Positions 1-8,763 of a DNA stretch of 64,000 bases are shown here, piece by piece. Position numbers and translations under genes: made by a program. The stretch covers positions 672,001 through 736,000 of the forward strand of contig CAVRUC010000007.1 of the NCBI GenBank assembly GCA_963724295.1, given 5' to 3'. How positions within the stretch are numbered: the stretch's first letter is position 1; each line of letters opens with the position of its first letter. The DNA is from an uncultured Chloroflexia bacterium. GTDB taxonomy: Bacteria > Chloroflexota > Chloroflexia > Thermomicrobiales > UBA6265. A model generated the notes under the pieces. It did no database searches, was not told the origin of the DNA, and saw only the letters and a list, made by a program, of their open reading frames with translations.

Positions 1-771
1 CGACGGGGCATCCCGCATCACCTGATCGACATCCTGCCGCCGGACGGCGACATGAGCCTCGCTCGCTATCAGGATCTGGCGCTGCAAACCATCGGGGAGG
101 TTCTGCACAGGAGCAAGCTTCCGATCCTGGTCGGCGGCACCCCGCTCTACATCAACGCGGTCGTCGAAGGCTGGAACATGCCGCGCGTTCCTCCCAATCC
201 CTCGCTTCGCGCCGCGCTCGAGGCCGAGGCGGACGCGCGCGGTGTCGAGACCCTCGCGACGCGGCTGCGTGAGGTCGATCCCGTGGCCGCCGAGCGATGC
301 GGCCGCAACCTGCGCCGCATCATTCGCGCCCTGGAGGTCTACGAGGAAACCGGCCTCCCCATGTCGACCCAGGAGAGCAAGGGCCCTCCTCCGTTCGAGA
401 CCCTCGAGCTCGGCTTGACGATGCCTCGAGATGCTCTCTATCGCGCCGTGGACGACCGGGTGCGCAGCCAGATCGAGCGTGGGCTCGTCGCTGAGGTGCG
501 GTCCTTGCTCGAACGCGGTGTGCCGCAGAGCGCTCCCGCCATGAGCAGCCTCGGCTATCGCCAGCTGCTGCCGTATATCCGCGGCGAGTCGAGCCTAGAG
601 CAGGCCATCGAGCGGATTCGCCATGACACGCACCGCTACGTGCGCCATCAGGAAACCTGGCTGCGCCGCAATGCGCGGCTAACCTGGCTCGACGTCACAT
701 CGCCGGAGTGGATCACCGCGGCGAAGTCCCGGGTCCGGGCGTTCCTGGAGGGATCGATCGCGCCAGCTTGA
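1..771 (+). CDS. miaA: tRNA (adenosine(37)-N6)-dimethylallyltransferase, 5'-truncated by the window edge
   Basis: Frame 1 is open from base 1 (IPHHLIDIL). Motifs ILVGGTPLYINA, RRIIRALEV, SSLGYRQ and THRYVRHQETW are typical of MiaA. Confidence 0.95.
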   Translation, partial: RRGIPHHLIDILPPDGDMSLARYQDLALQTIGEVLHRSKLPILVGGTPLYINAVVEGWNMPRVPPNPSLRAALEAEADARGVETLATRLREVDPVAAERCGRNLRRIIRALEVYEETGLPMSTQESKGPPPFETLELGLTMPRDALYRAVDDRVRSQIERGLVAEVRSLLERGVPQSAPAMSSLGYRQLLPYIRGESSLEQAIERIRHDTHRYVRHQETWLRRNARLTWLDVTSPEWITAAKSRVRAFLEGSIAPA

Positions 772-832
772 GATGCGAAATTCGATACTCGGATTATGGA
801 GTCGCGTTGCTGCGTTGCCGCTCCTGCCTCTC

Positions 833-869
833 GTAGCCTTTGCAGCCTTAGGAATCTTCGGAATCTTCG
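833..869. repeat. Short degenerate 9-bp tandem repeat in an intergenic region
   Basis: tagcctttg-cagccttag-gaatcttcg-gaatcttcg. The reverse complement contains aaggctgca, the unit of the 49.7-kb repeat. Confidence 0.5.
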
Positions 870-996
870 ACTGCATGGCCCGCTCCGGCTGTGGAGTGCT
901 CCCGGCCCGATTCGACCGTTCTGACCGCGGGGGGCTCGTATACTTCGCCTACCCGCGGCTGTTGACAGACAGTCGTGTGAGTAGAAAGGGAGCCCG

Positions 997-1431
997 TTGG
1001 ACCGCCAGGCGTATGTCGAGCACATCATCGATCATTATCAGAACCCGCGAAATAAGGGGCGCATGGAGGATGCCAGCGTTCAGCTCGGCGGCGGCAACCC
1101 TGGCTGCGGTGATCTCATCACCATGTACGTCAAAGTCGGCGACGATGACCGCGTCGAAGCCGTCTCCTTCGAAGGAGACGGCTGCACGATCAGCCAGGCC
1201 GGCGGCTCGATCGTCAGTGAGCTGGCCCAGGGTCTTACCCTCGACGAGGTCAAGGAGCTGGGTCTCGCCGAGATCAACGACGAGATGGGCGAGGAAGTCG
1301 TCAAGAGCCGCGTCCGCTGCGCTACCCTGGCACTTGGTACGCTGCAGGCCGCGGTCGATCAATTCCGCAGGGACCGCGAACGGCACGAGGCAGGTCTACC
1401 GCCGGTCGAACTAAAACCGTTCGAGGTCTAG
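997..1431 (+). CDS. IscU/SufU-family Fe-S cluster scaffold or sulfur-transfer protein
   Basis: DHYQNPRNKG, NPGCGD, FEGDGCTISQA and RVRCATL (three conserved Cys). TTG start after AGGGAG. Confidence 0.9.
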   Translation: MDRQAYVEHIIDHYQNPRNKGRMEDASVQLGGGNPGCGDLITMYVKVGDDDRVEAVSFEGDGCTISQAGGSIVSELAQGLTLDEVKELGLAEINDEMGEEVVKSRVRCATLALGTLQAAVDQFRRDRERHEAGLPPVELKPFEV

Positions 1432-1497
1432 CGACCGCTGGAACGGGTCACCATCGACCCAGGTCCGCTCCCGCGGCGCCGTTCTCTGAGGCACGAC

Positions 1498-2823
1498 ATG
1501 GAGAACCGGCCCCGGGTTGCCGAGATCACTCTCAGTGCCGCCTGGCATACGGGAGCGGTGCCGGCCCGCCTCGACACGACTGACGGCGTTGCCCTGGACA
1601 TCGTTCACCGTGGAACGTGGAGTCACGGTCTCGGGCCCGATTTCCGCGACGCGCTCATTCTCTTCGACGGACGCGAACTTCGCGCCGGCAGCGTCGAGAT
1701 CCACCTGCGCACCCGCGGCTGGGGCGATCACGGCCATCACCTCGATTCCGCGTATGACGCCGTCGTCCTTCATCTCGTCGGCGAGCACGACGGCACCGAA
1801 ACGCGTCGCCTGGACGGGGCCATCGTTCCCGTCGCCGTGATCGGTCCCCTCGAGCGATTCGCGGTGCCCCAGTTTGCCGCCTGGGACTGGCCCTCGGTCG
1901 GCGGCGCCACCTGTGCCAGCTGTCTCTCGGCCACCAGCCCGGCTTCCGCCCGCGAGATCGTCCATCAGCTCGGCGACGTGCGCCTTGCCGCGCGTTCCGC
2001 CCGGCTCGAGGGTCGCCTATCAGGTGAGCCACCTGGCGAGATCCTCTGGCAAGAGCTGCTCGACGGCTTCGGTTTCGCGATGAACCGCGAGCCAATGCGG
2101 GAGATCGCCCGCGCCGTGCCGCTGTCGTCGATCGAGGCGCTGCTGCAGGCTGTGCCAACCAGCTCCCGGGAGGCAGTCGCGCGCGGAGTCCTTCTCGGTG
2201 TGGCCGGCTTTCTTCCCCTCTCACCCGCCGAAGCGCACCTGGGTGGACTCGCGAACCACGACGTGGCGGAGATCGAGAGCCGGTGGCGCGACCATGGCGC
2301 CCCCTGGCGCGACGGTCCACTGTCACCGACCGCGTGGAATCGGACGCGCGTACGACCGGTCAATCACCCGGTACCCAGGCTCCTGGCCGCGGCCGGCCTC
2401 CTGGCCGCTGCCAGCGCGCGAGGTGGCACACTGGCCACCATTCTGGGAATCGTGCTCGAGCGCACCGACGCCGTCGAACGCCTGCGAGCGTTGACGGAGA
2501 GCGAGGGCCGCTCCCGAATCGGCGCCGACCGGGCGATCGACATGCTGGTGAGCGGCATTATCCCGCTGGCGCTCGCACTCGCCGCCCACTCCGGCGATCT
2601 CGACCTCGCCGATGCCGCGTCCAGCCAGTGGGACCGCCTCCCCGCTCCGAGTCCTAACGCGGTCACGCGGCGCGCGTTGCGCCAGGTTGCCGGCAGGTCA
2701 CCTCTGGGCAAAATCGGTGCCCGTGGGGCGCAGGGTCTGATCCATCTAGACACAGTTCTCTGTCAGCCGCGTCGTTGCTTCGAGTGTCCGATTGCCGCTG
2801 CCGAGCTCTCTGTCAACGGCTGA
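1498..2823 (+). CDS. DUF2851-family protein
   Basis: GPDFRDA, GSVEIH, WGDHGHH.D.AY..VVLH, RPVNHP..RL and a C-terminal QGLIHL...C....C..CP motif. Confidence 0.8.
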   Translation: MENRPRVAEITLSAAWHTGAVPARLDTTDGVALDIVHRGTWSHGLGPDFRDALILFDGRELRAGSVEIHLRTRGWGDHGHHLDSAYDAVVLHLVGEHDGTETRRLDGAIVPVAVIGPLERFAVPQFAAWDWPSVGGATCASCLSATSPASAREIVHQLGDVRLAARSARLEGRLSGEPPGEILWQELLDGFGFAMNREPMREIARAVPLSSIEALLQAVPTSSREAVARGVLLGVAGFLPLSPAEAHLGGLANHDVAEIESRWRDHGAPWRDGPLSPTAWNRTRVRPVNHPVPRLLAAAGLLAAASARGGTLATILGIVLERTDAVERLRALTESEGRSRIGADRAIDMLVSGIIPLALALAAHSGDLDLADAASSQWDRLPAPSPNAVTRRALRQVAGRSPLGKIGARGAQGLIHLDTVLCQPRRCFECPIAAAELSVNG

Positions 2824-2919
2824 GATTCCCCCATTCGTGACACCACAATCACAATCCTCGCTTCGCGGCTCGAGGCCCCGCCGGGTCAGACTTGCCCGTA
2901 ATTGGTGTGAGAACGAGCG

Positions 2920-3040
2920 TTTGCTTTGAATATTTCCTCATTGTCACAGTTCCGATAGGCTATCCATTAGTCCTACCCGTTGACATTTCGACAAATCTTG
3001 CAATTAGGTTTTCTTCCTGTAACCTTATATCAGTCACAGT
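2920..3040 (+). promoter_or_regulatory. AT-rich upstream regulatory region with a sigma70-like -35 and GTCACAGT direct repeats
   Basis: Visibly AT-rich. TTGACA at 2980-2985. GTCACAGT at 2943, 3033 and 3108. Confidence 0.4.
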
Positions 3041-3177
3041 TGCGCGGAAGCGAGTCCTTGACCCGCGGTCGCCAGTGATGACGGCCGGTCAGACCCGTTC
3101 CTCGGCCGTCACAGTCGTGAACGTGGCGCATCCGGCAAAAGCGCCAAATTGCACCGCAATTGAGGGAGCAAGAGAGC

Positions 3178-4299
3178 ATGAACGCCCGCAGGTTCGATGC
3201 GCTCACGGTAGCGATGACGTCCGGCGCGCAACGCGCCAGCCGGCGCCGCGTCTTGCGCGGGCTGGCCATGCTTGCCGCCTTCGGGGTTGCCCCGGGCGTG
3301 GCCCGAGCCTTCGACGGCGGTCCCGTTCCGGTCCAGCCTGCCGTCGGTAGCGTCGGCTGCACGAGTGGGGCGGACTGCGCCGCCGGCGAGGTTTGTCTGA
3401 ACGGTGGCTGTGCCCCCCGCGGGTCGACCGGGAATGGATCGACCGGGCAGCTGGTGGGCGAGCCAACAACTGGCGACAGCCCTCCTGGGACCACGCCCGT
3501 TGCGGCGCCGGAGACGGTGGAGACGGTTCCCCTTACGGGCGTCGGCGGGCTCATCCAGCCAGGTGAACCGCTGCCGGCCCGGATCTACGCCGGCCGCTGC
3601 GGCAGCCTCGGCGCGGACCCAGCCTTCCAGCTCATCGACGTCGGCGCCGTCGAAGGCGCCGAAGAGGGAGAAGCACCGCAGGGCGCGCTCACCGCGATTC
3701 CGGCGGAGTTCAGCACGACGGTCGTCAACGCGCCGCTCGCCAATCTCCTCGGCACCGAGCACGCGATCGACGTTCGGGTCGATGACGCCGATCCCGCCAC
3801 CTCGATCGCATGCGGCGATATCGGCGGCCCAATCGAAGCGGGCACCGAGGGTGAAGAGCTCGCGGTCGGCCTCCGGGAGCAAGGCCAGTCCGCCTATTCC
3901 GGAATCGCCTGGCTGCAAGCCGAAGAAGAGCGGACGCTGGTGCGAGTCTTCCTGGCGCGAGGCCTGGACAGCGGTGACACGGCGGTTGCGGCGCAGACAG
4001 TCGCAACCGAGGTGGCGGAGCCGGAGGCCGCACCCGCCGTCGAGGAGGCTGCCCAGCCCGCCGGCACCCCGGTGGTCGGCGCCGCGACGCCACTTGGCGC
4101 CGGAGCCCGCGTCGTCACCTCGATCGACGTCAATCTCCGTGCCGCGCCGGCTGAAGACGCGGAAGTCATTTCTATCCTTGGCCAAGGCGTCGAGCTGGAA
4201 GTCACCGGCGCCCCCGTCGATGGCTGGGTGCCGGTGACCGAGCCCGGCTCGGGACAGGCAGGCTTCGTCAGCGATCAGTTCGTGACGCTCGTTCCGTAG
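3178..4299 (+). CDS. Putative Tat-exported protein with a Cys-rich motif, a central beta-sandwich-like domain and a C-terminal bacterial SH3 domain
   Basis: MNARRFDAL...SRRRVLRGLAMLAAFG leader, CTSGADCAAGEVCLNGGC, and an SH3b-like VNLRAAP....EVISILGQG.ELEVTG...DGWVPV...GFVS. Confidence 0.7.
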   Translation: MNARRFDALTVAMTSGAQRASRRRVLRGLAMLAAFGVAPGVARAFDGGPVPVQPAVGSVGCTSGADCAAGEVCLNGGCAPRGSTGNGSTGQLVGEPTTGDSPPGTTPVAAPETVETVPLTGVGGLIQPGEPLPARIYAGRCGSLGADPAFQLIDVGAVEGAEEGEAPQGALTAIPAEFSTTVVNAPLANLLGTEHAIDVRVDDADPATSIACGDIGGPIEAGTEGEELAVGLREQGQSAYSGIAWLQAEEERTLVRVFLARGLDSGDTAVAAQTVATEVAEPEAAPAVEEAAQPAGTPVVGAATPLGAGARVVTSIDVNLRAAPAEDAEVISILGQGVELEVTGAPVDGWVPVTEPGSGQAGFVSDQFVTLVP

Positions 4300-4507
4300 C
4301 ACATCCATCGCCGCGCGAGAACCCGGCGGGAGGCCGACACGGTTGTGTCGGCCTCCCGTCGTTTCGTGTCGACGCCGGGTCACTATCTCCGCCGGTGCCG
4401 GCACGATTTCGGCAACCTCCGATATAGTCCCATCGACTCAGGACGAGATTGGATCAGACGCGATCGGCACGGCAGGCACGCCGTGTCGACCGCGCGGGGG
4501 GTTGAGC

Positions 4508-5890
4508 ATGGTCGAGGCGGTCAGCGGCAAGATCAGCGTGTCGGATCTGGCCGCGCTCATCGCCGCCGGTGAGATCGATACGGTCGTCACCGCGGTCTGC
4601 GACATGCAGGGACGCCTCGTTGGCAAGCGCGTCACCGGTCAATTCTTCGTCGACCACTGCCTCGATCACGGGACCCACCTCTGTACGTACCTCCTCGGTA
4701 CCGACATGGAGATGAACACCCCCGCCGGGTACGCGCTCATGAACTGGGAAACCGGGTATGGGGACTACCTCAATCGCCCGGATTGGGCGACGCTGCGAGT
4801 GATTCCCTGGCTGGAGAAAACGGCGCTCGTGCTCGGCGACCTTGTCGACGAGGCGAGCAACCAGCTCATTCCGATCGCGCCACGATCGATCCTGCGGCGC
4901 CAGGTCGAGCGCGCTGAGCGCATGGGTTTTCGTCCCATGATGGCTTCGGAGCTGGAGTTCTACCTCCTGCGCGACACCTACGAAGAAGCGGCCGACAAGG
5001 GCTGGGATGGGCTGCGGACCTGGGGTTGGTACAACGAGGACTACCAGCTCCTGCAGGCGACGAAGGGAGAGCCAATCTACCGCCAGCTCCGCAATCAGAT
5101 GGTGAGCGCGGGCGTGCCGATCGAGTTCTCCAAGGGAGAAGCCGCCCCTGGCCAGCACGAAGTCAACATCCACTACGACGACGCCCTGGAGTCGGCTGAC
5201 CGGGCGGCCATCTACAAGCACGGCGCCAAGGAGATCGCCCATCTCAGCGGCTGCTCGATTACGTTCATGGCCAAACCGGACGAGACCTGGACCGGTTCCT
5301 CCAGCCACGTCCACATCAGTCTCTGGGATGCCGCCGGCGGGATGAACCTCTTTGCGGACGACGGGGCGCCCGGTGAGATGTCGCAGACGATGCGTCACTT
5401 CCTGGGCGGTCTGCTGGCGGGGTCGCGCGAGCTGTCGCTGTTCATCGCCAGCAATATCAATTCGTACAAGCGGTACGCGGTGGCATCGTGGGCTCCGGTG
5501 AATATCGTCTGGTCGCGGGATAACCGCACCTGCGGCTTCCGTATCGTCGGGCATGGTTCGTCATTGCGCATCGAAGACCGGCTTCCCGGTGGAGACGCCA
5601 ATCCGTATCTCACCTACGCCGCGATTCTGGCGGCGGGTCTGAACGGTATCGAACGGGGCATCGAGCCATCAGCGGAGTTCCGCGGCAACGCCTATGAGGC
5701 GACTGACGTGCCACGGGTGCCCCGCTCGATGTCCGAGGCCATCGCGGCGCTACGTGACAGCAGTCTGGCGCGGGAAGCATTCGGCGACGACGTGGTGGCC
5801 CACTACCTCAATATGGCTGAAGTCGAGCAGCGCGCCTACGACATGGCCGTGACCGACTGGGAGCGCCGCCGGTACTTTGAGCGCGGCTGA
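4508..5890 (+). CDS. Glutamine synthetase-like ligase (gamma-glutamyl-amine/polyamine ligase type)
   Basis: DMQGRLVGKR, SELEFYL, EAAPGQHEVN, FMAKP..TGSSSHVHISL, DNRTCGFR and RIEDRLPGGDANPYL. Subfamily assignment is inferred. Confidence 0.85.
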   Translation: MVEAVSGKISVSDLAALIAAGEIDTVVTAVCDMQGRLVGKRVTGQFFVDHCLDHGTHLCTYLLGTDMEMNTPAGYALMNWETGYGDYLNRPDWATLRVIPWLEKTALVLGDLVDEASNQLIPIAPRSILRRQVERAERMGFRPMMASELEFYLLRDTYEEAADKGWDGLRTWGWYNEDYQLLQATKGEPIYRQLRNQMVSAGVPIEFSKGEAAPGQHEVNIHYDDALESADRAAIYKHGAKEIAHLSGCSITFMAKPDETWTGSSSHVHISLWDAAGGMNLFADDGAPGEMSQTMRHFLGGLLAGSRELSLFIASNINSYKRYAVASWAPVNIVWSRDNRTCGFRIVGHGSSLRIEDRLPGGDANPYLTYAAILAAGLNGIERGIEPSAEFRGNAYEATDVPRVPRSMSEAIAALRDSSLAREAFGDDVVAHYLNMAEVEQRAYDMAVTDWERRRYFERG

Positions 5891-5996
5891 TCGGGGCTCG
5901 ATCGCGACGACGCGGATATCCTTGCCGGCGGAGTGACGTGGGAACGCACCCGCGATGCGCTCGACAAGAGACATGGCCGAGAGGAGTACCTGTTCG

Positions 5997-7496
5997 GTGG
6001 CTGAGGTGATCGCGACGGGACGGAGACAACGGGAACAACCCACGATCGACCACCGGCGCGCACCGATTCTCGAAGGCGTTCTCGCGTACCACCACCAGGG
6101 CATCCTCCCCTTTTCGACGCCGGGACACAAGCTCGGTATCGGCGCCGACGCCGAGCTGCGCGACACGTTCGGCGAGCAAGCCTTCCGCAGCGATATCCCC
6201 CTCGGAGGGGGCGTCGGAGACACCCACTTCGGCGGCGAAGCCCTTCGCGTCGCGGAAGCGATGGCGGCCGACGCCTGGGACGCCGACCGCAGCTTCTTTC
6301 TGCTCAATGGCTCGACCGCCGGCAACCACGCCTTCCTGCTCGCGACGATCCGACCGGGTGACAAGGTCATCGTTTCTCGCGACCTGCACAAGTCGCTCCT
6401 CGTGGCCCTCATCCTGTCCGGCGCGGTCCCCGTCTACCTCGCGCCGCGGTTGCATCCGGAGCTGAACGTTGGACTCGGCATCTCGGTGGCGGAGGTCGCC
6501 GCGGCGCTGGAGCTCCACCCCGACACGAAACTCGTCGTCCTGGTCAGCCCTTCGTACTGCGGCGTTGCCTCCGATCTCGAAGGCATCACCGCCGTCGCGC
6601 ACGCGAGGCAGATTCCGGTGTACGTGGACGAAGCATGGGGGCCACATTTCGCGTTTCACCCCGCTCTTCCCCGCTCCGCGATGGCCAGCGGCGTCGATGG
6701 CGCGGTCTCGTCGATCCACAAGGTGCTGGGCGGTCTCACCCAGGCCGCGATCCTGAACGTGCAGGGGGGCCTTGTCGACCCCGATCGCGTCCGCACGACG
6801 ATTGGCATGGTGCAAACGACCAGTCCCTCCGTGCTCGTGCTGGCGTCGATTGACGCCGCCCGGCGCCAGATGGCGTTACAGGGCGAGATCCTGCTCGAGC
6901 GGACCATCGCCCTGGCGGAGAACGCGCGGCGACGGCTGCAGGCGCTTCCCGGGATCGGCGTCCTCGACGCCGAGCAGCTGGGGATCGACGCCTTCGATCT
7001 CACCAAGCTCGTCATCGACGTCGACGGGTTAGGGATGACGGGGTACCAGGCCGAAGACGCACTTCGCAACCGCTTCGGAGTCGGCCCCGAGATGAGCGAT
7101 CTCGTTGGCGTCGTCTGTCTGATCACGATCGGCGACACCGAGGCGAGCATCCAGCGCCTTGTCGAGGCCTTCGCGACCCTCTCTCGGGAACACTGGCGGG
7201 GCGCCAACAGACGCGCCGATCGCCGGTCATCCGGTGCCGCGGTTGCCGCCGCCGAGCTGGCGATGTCACCGCGCGAGGCATTCTTCTCGCCGTCCCGAGC
7301 TATTTCGCTCGACGAGGCCAGCGGCGAGATCTCGACCGAGTTGGTGATCCCCTACCCGCCGGGCATCCCGGTTCTCGCCCCCGGCGAAGTGATCACCGCT
7401 GAGAAGGTGGCGTACCTGACCGAAGGCGTCGACCACGGCATGTACATCTCAGGACCTGCAGACCCTCAGCTGAGGACCATCCGGGTCGTCGTCTGA
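5997..7496 (+). CDS. PLP-dependent Orn/Lys/Arg decarboxylase (fold type I)
   Basis: FSTPGHK, LLNGSTAGN, VDEAWGPH, SIHK (PLP Lys), QTTSPS and YPPGIPVLAPGE. GTG start follows GAGGAG. Confidence 0.88.
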   Translation: MAEVIATGRRQREQPTIDHRRAPILEGVLAYHHQGILPFSTPGHKLGIGADAELRDTFGEQAFRSDIPLGGGVGDTHFGGEALRVAEAMAADAWDADRSFFLLNGSTAGNHAFLLATIRPGDKVIVSRDLHKSLLVALILSGAVPVYLAPRLHPELNVGLGISVAEVAAALELHPDTKLVVLVSPSYCGVASDLEGITAVAHARQIPVYVDEAWGPHFAFHPALPRSAMASGVDGAVSSIHKVLGGLTQAAILNVQGGLVDPDRVRTTIGMVQTTSPSVLVLASIDAARRQMALQGEILLERTIALAENARRRLQALPGIGVLDAEQLGIDAFDLTKLVIDVDGLGMTGYQAEDALRNRFGVGPEMSDLVGVVCLITIGDTEASIQRLVEAFATLSREHWRGANRRADRRSSGAAVAAAELAMSPREAFFSPSRAISLDEASGEISTELVIPYPPGIPVLAPGEVITAEKVAYLTEGVDHGMYISGPADPQLRTIRVVV

Positions 7497-7499
7497 ATC

Positions 7500-8687
7500 T
7501 CAGGCGCCAGCCCGGGTGCGCTCCGGCACCATCGCCAGGCGCTCGGCGGCGTGCTGGATCGTCTCCGCACGCTTGGCGAAGCAGAACCGCGCCAGCAGCG
7601 GCGCCCGCGCCGGATCCAGGTAAAACGCGGAGGGTGGAATAGCCGCCACTCCGATCTCGGACGTAAGCCAGCGGCAGAACTCGACGTCGGACTCGAAGCC
7701 GAGATGCGAGATGTCGGACATCAGGAAATAGGCGCCTGCTATAGGGAGCGTCGGCAGATTCGCCCCATCCAGGACGACCTTGAGCGCGTCGCGGCGCCGG
7801 TGGTAGTCCCTGCTCAGATCGGCGTAATAGCCCAACCCCGGGGCTTGCTCGAGCGCGACCGCCATCGCCTCCTGAAATGGTGTGGCCGAGGCAAAGGTCA
7901 CGAACTGGTGAACGGCCCGCAGGGGTGCGGTCAATCGTGCCGGCCCGATCACGTAGCCGACCTTCCAGCCCGTCATGGAAAACGTCTTGCCCGTCGAATT
8001 GATCGTCAGCGTGCGCTCCCACATACCGGGCAAGGTGGCGAGCGGAAGATGCTCGGCGGCGTCGAAGACGATCCGCTCGTAGACCTCGTCGGTCACCGCG
8101 ACCACGTCCCACCGCTGACAGAGCTCGGCCAGCTTCGCCAGCTCATCGCGCGTGAAGACTTTTCCGGTGGGGTTGTGCGGCGTGTTCAGCAGGAGCACTC
8201 GCGTGCGTGGCCCGAACGCGGCGGCGGCTTCCCCGGGATCAAATGACCAGTCCGGCGATCGCAGCGTTACCGTCCGTATCGTCGCGTTCGCCATGATCGC
8301 GCTGGGCAGATATGAATCGTAAAACGGCTCGAAAACGACGATCTCGTCCCCGGGACCGGCCAGCGCCTGCACCGCGTCGAAGATGGCTTCGGTGGCGCCG
8401 GATGTTACCGTTATCTCGCGGTCCGGGTCGACGTCCATTCCGTATTGCTCGTTCCACGTGCTGGCGATCGCGGCCCGCAGGCGGGTTGCGCCGTGGGACA
8501 CGGCGTACTGATTGAGATCGGCATCGACAGCCGCCTTGGCGGCCTCCTTGACGAAGGATGGGCCGGGAAAATCGGGGAAGCCCTGACCCAGGTTGACCGC
8601 GCCGTGCTGATTGGCCAACCGGCTCATCTCGCTAAAGACCGAGGTGCCGAAACCACGCACCCGAGGCGAAGCAACGTCTCTGATCAC
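7500..8687 (-). CDS. Class I/II aminotransferase (YbdL/DapC-like)
   Basis: AVNLGQGFPDF, VTSGATEAI, NTPHNPTGKVF, DEVYE and STGKTFSMTGWKVG. Start placed at a GTG after GAGGA (uncertain). Confidence 0.88.
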   Translation of the reverse strand: MIRDVASPRVRGFGTSVFSEMSRLANQHGAVNLGQGFPDFPGPSFVKEAAKAAVDADLNQYAVSHGATRLRAAIASTWNEQYGMDVDPDREITVTSGATEAIFDAVQALAGPGDEIVVFEPFYDSYLPSAIMANATIRTVTLRSPDWSFDPGEAAAAFGPRTRVLLLNTPHNPTGKVFTRDELAKLAELCQRWDVVAVTDEVYERIVFDAAEHLPLATLPGMWERTLTINSTGKTFSMTGWKVGYVIGPARLTAPLRAVHQFVTFASATPFQEAMAVALEQAPGLGYYADLSRDYHRRRDALKVVLDGANLPTLPIAGAYFLMSDISHLGFESDVEFCRWLTSEIGVAAIPPSAFYLDPARAPLLARFCFAKRAETIQHAAERLAMVPERTRAGA

Positions 8688-8763
8688 GTCCGCCGGTCCT
8701 CTAGCTGCCGCATTGTGCGAGAGTCTTGCCCTGGGGACGTCACGAGTCACGTGCTGTAGCTCG

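Noticed and set aside
773..1414. Long overlapping or antisense ORFs (for example 773-1414, 3109-4404, 8611-9915, 61489-62832)
   Set aside because: These are shadow ORFs expected in high-GC DNA. They overlap well-supported genes and have no recognisable motifs.
3060..3177. Known riboswitch (c-di-GMP or c-di-AMP)
   Set aside because: I could not find the conserved core motifs by eye. It is kept only as an unassigned structured leader.
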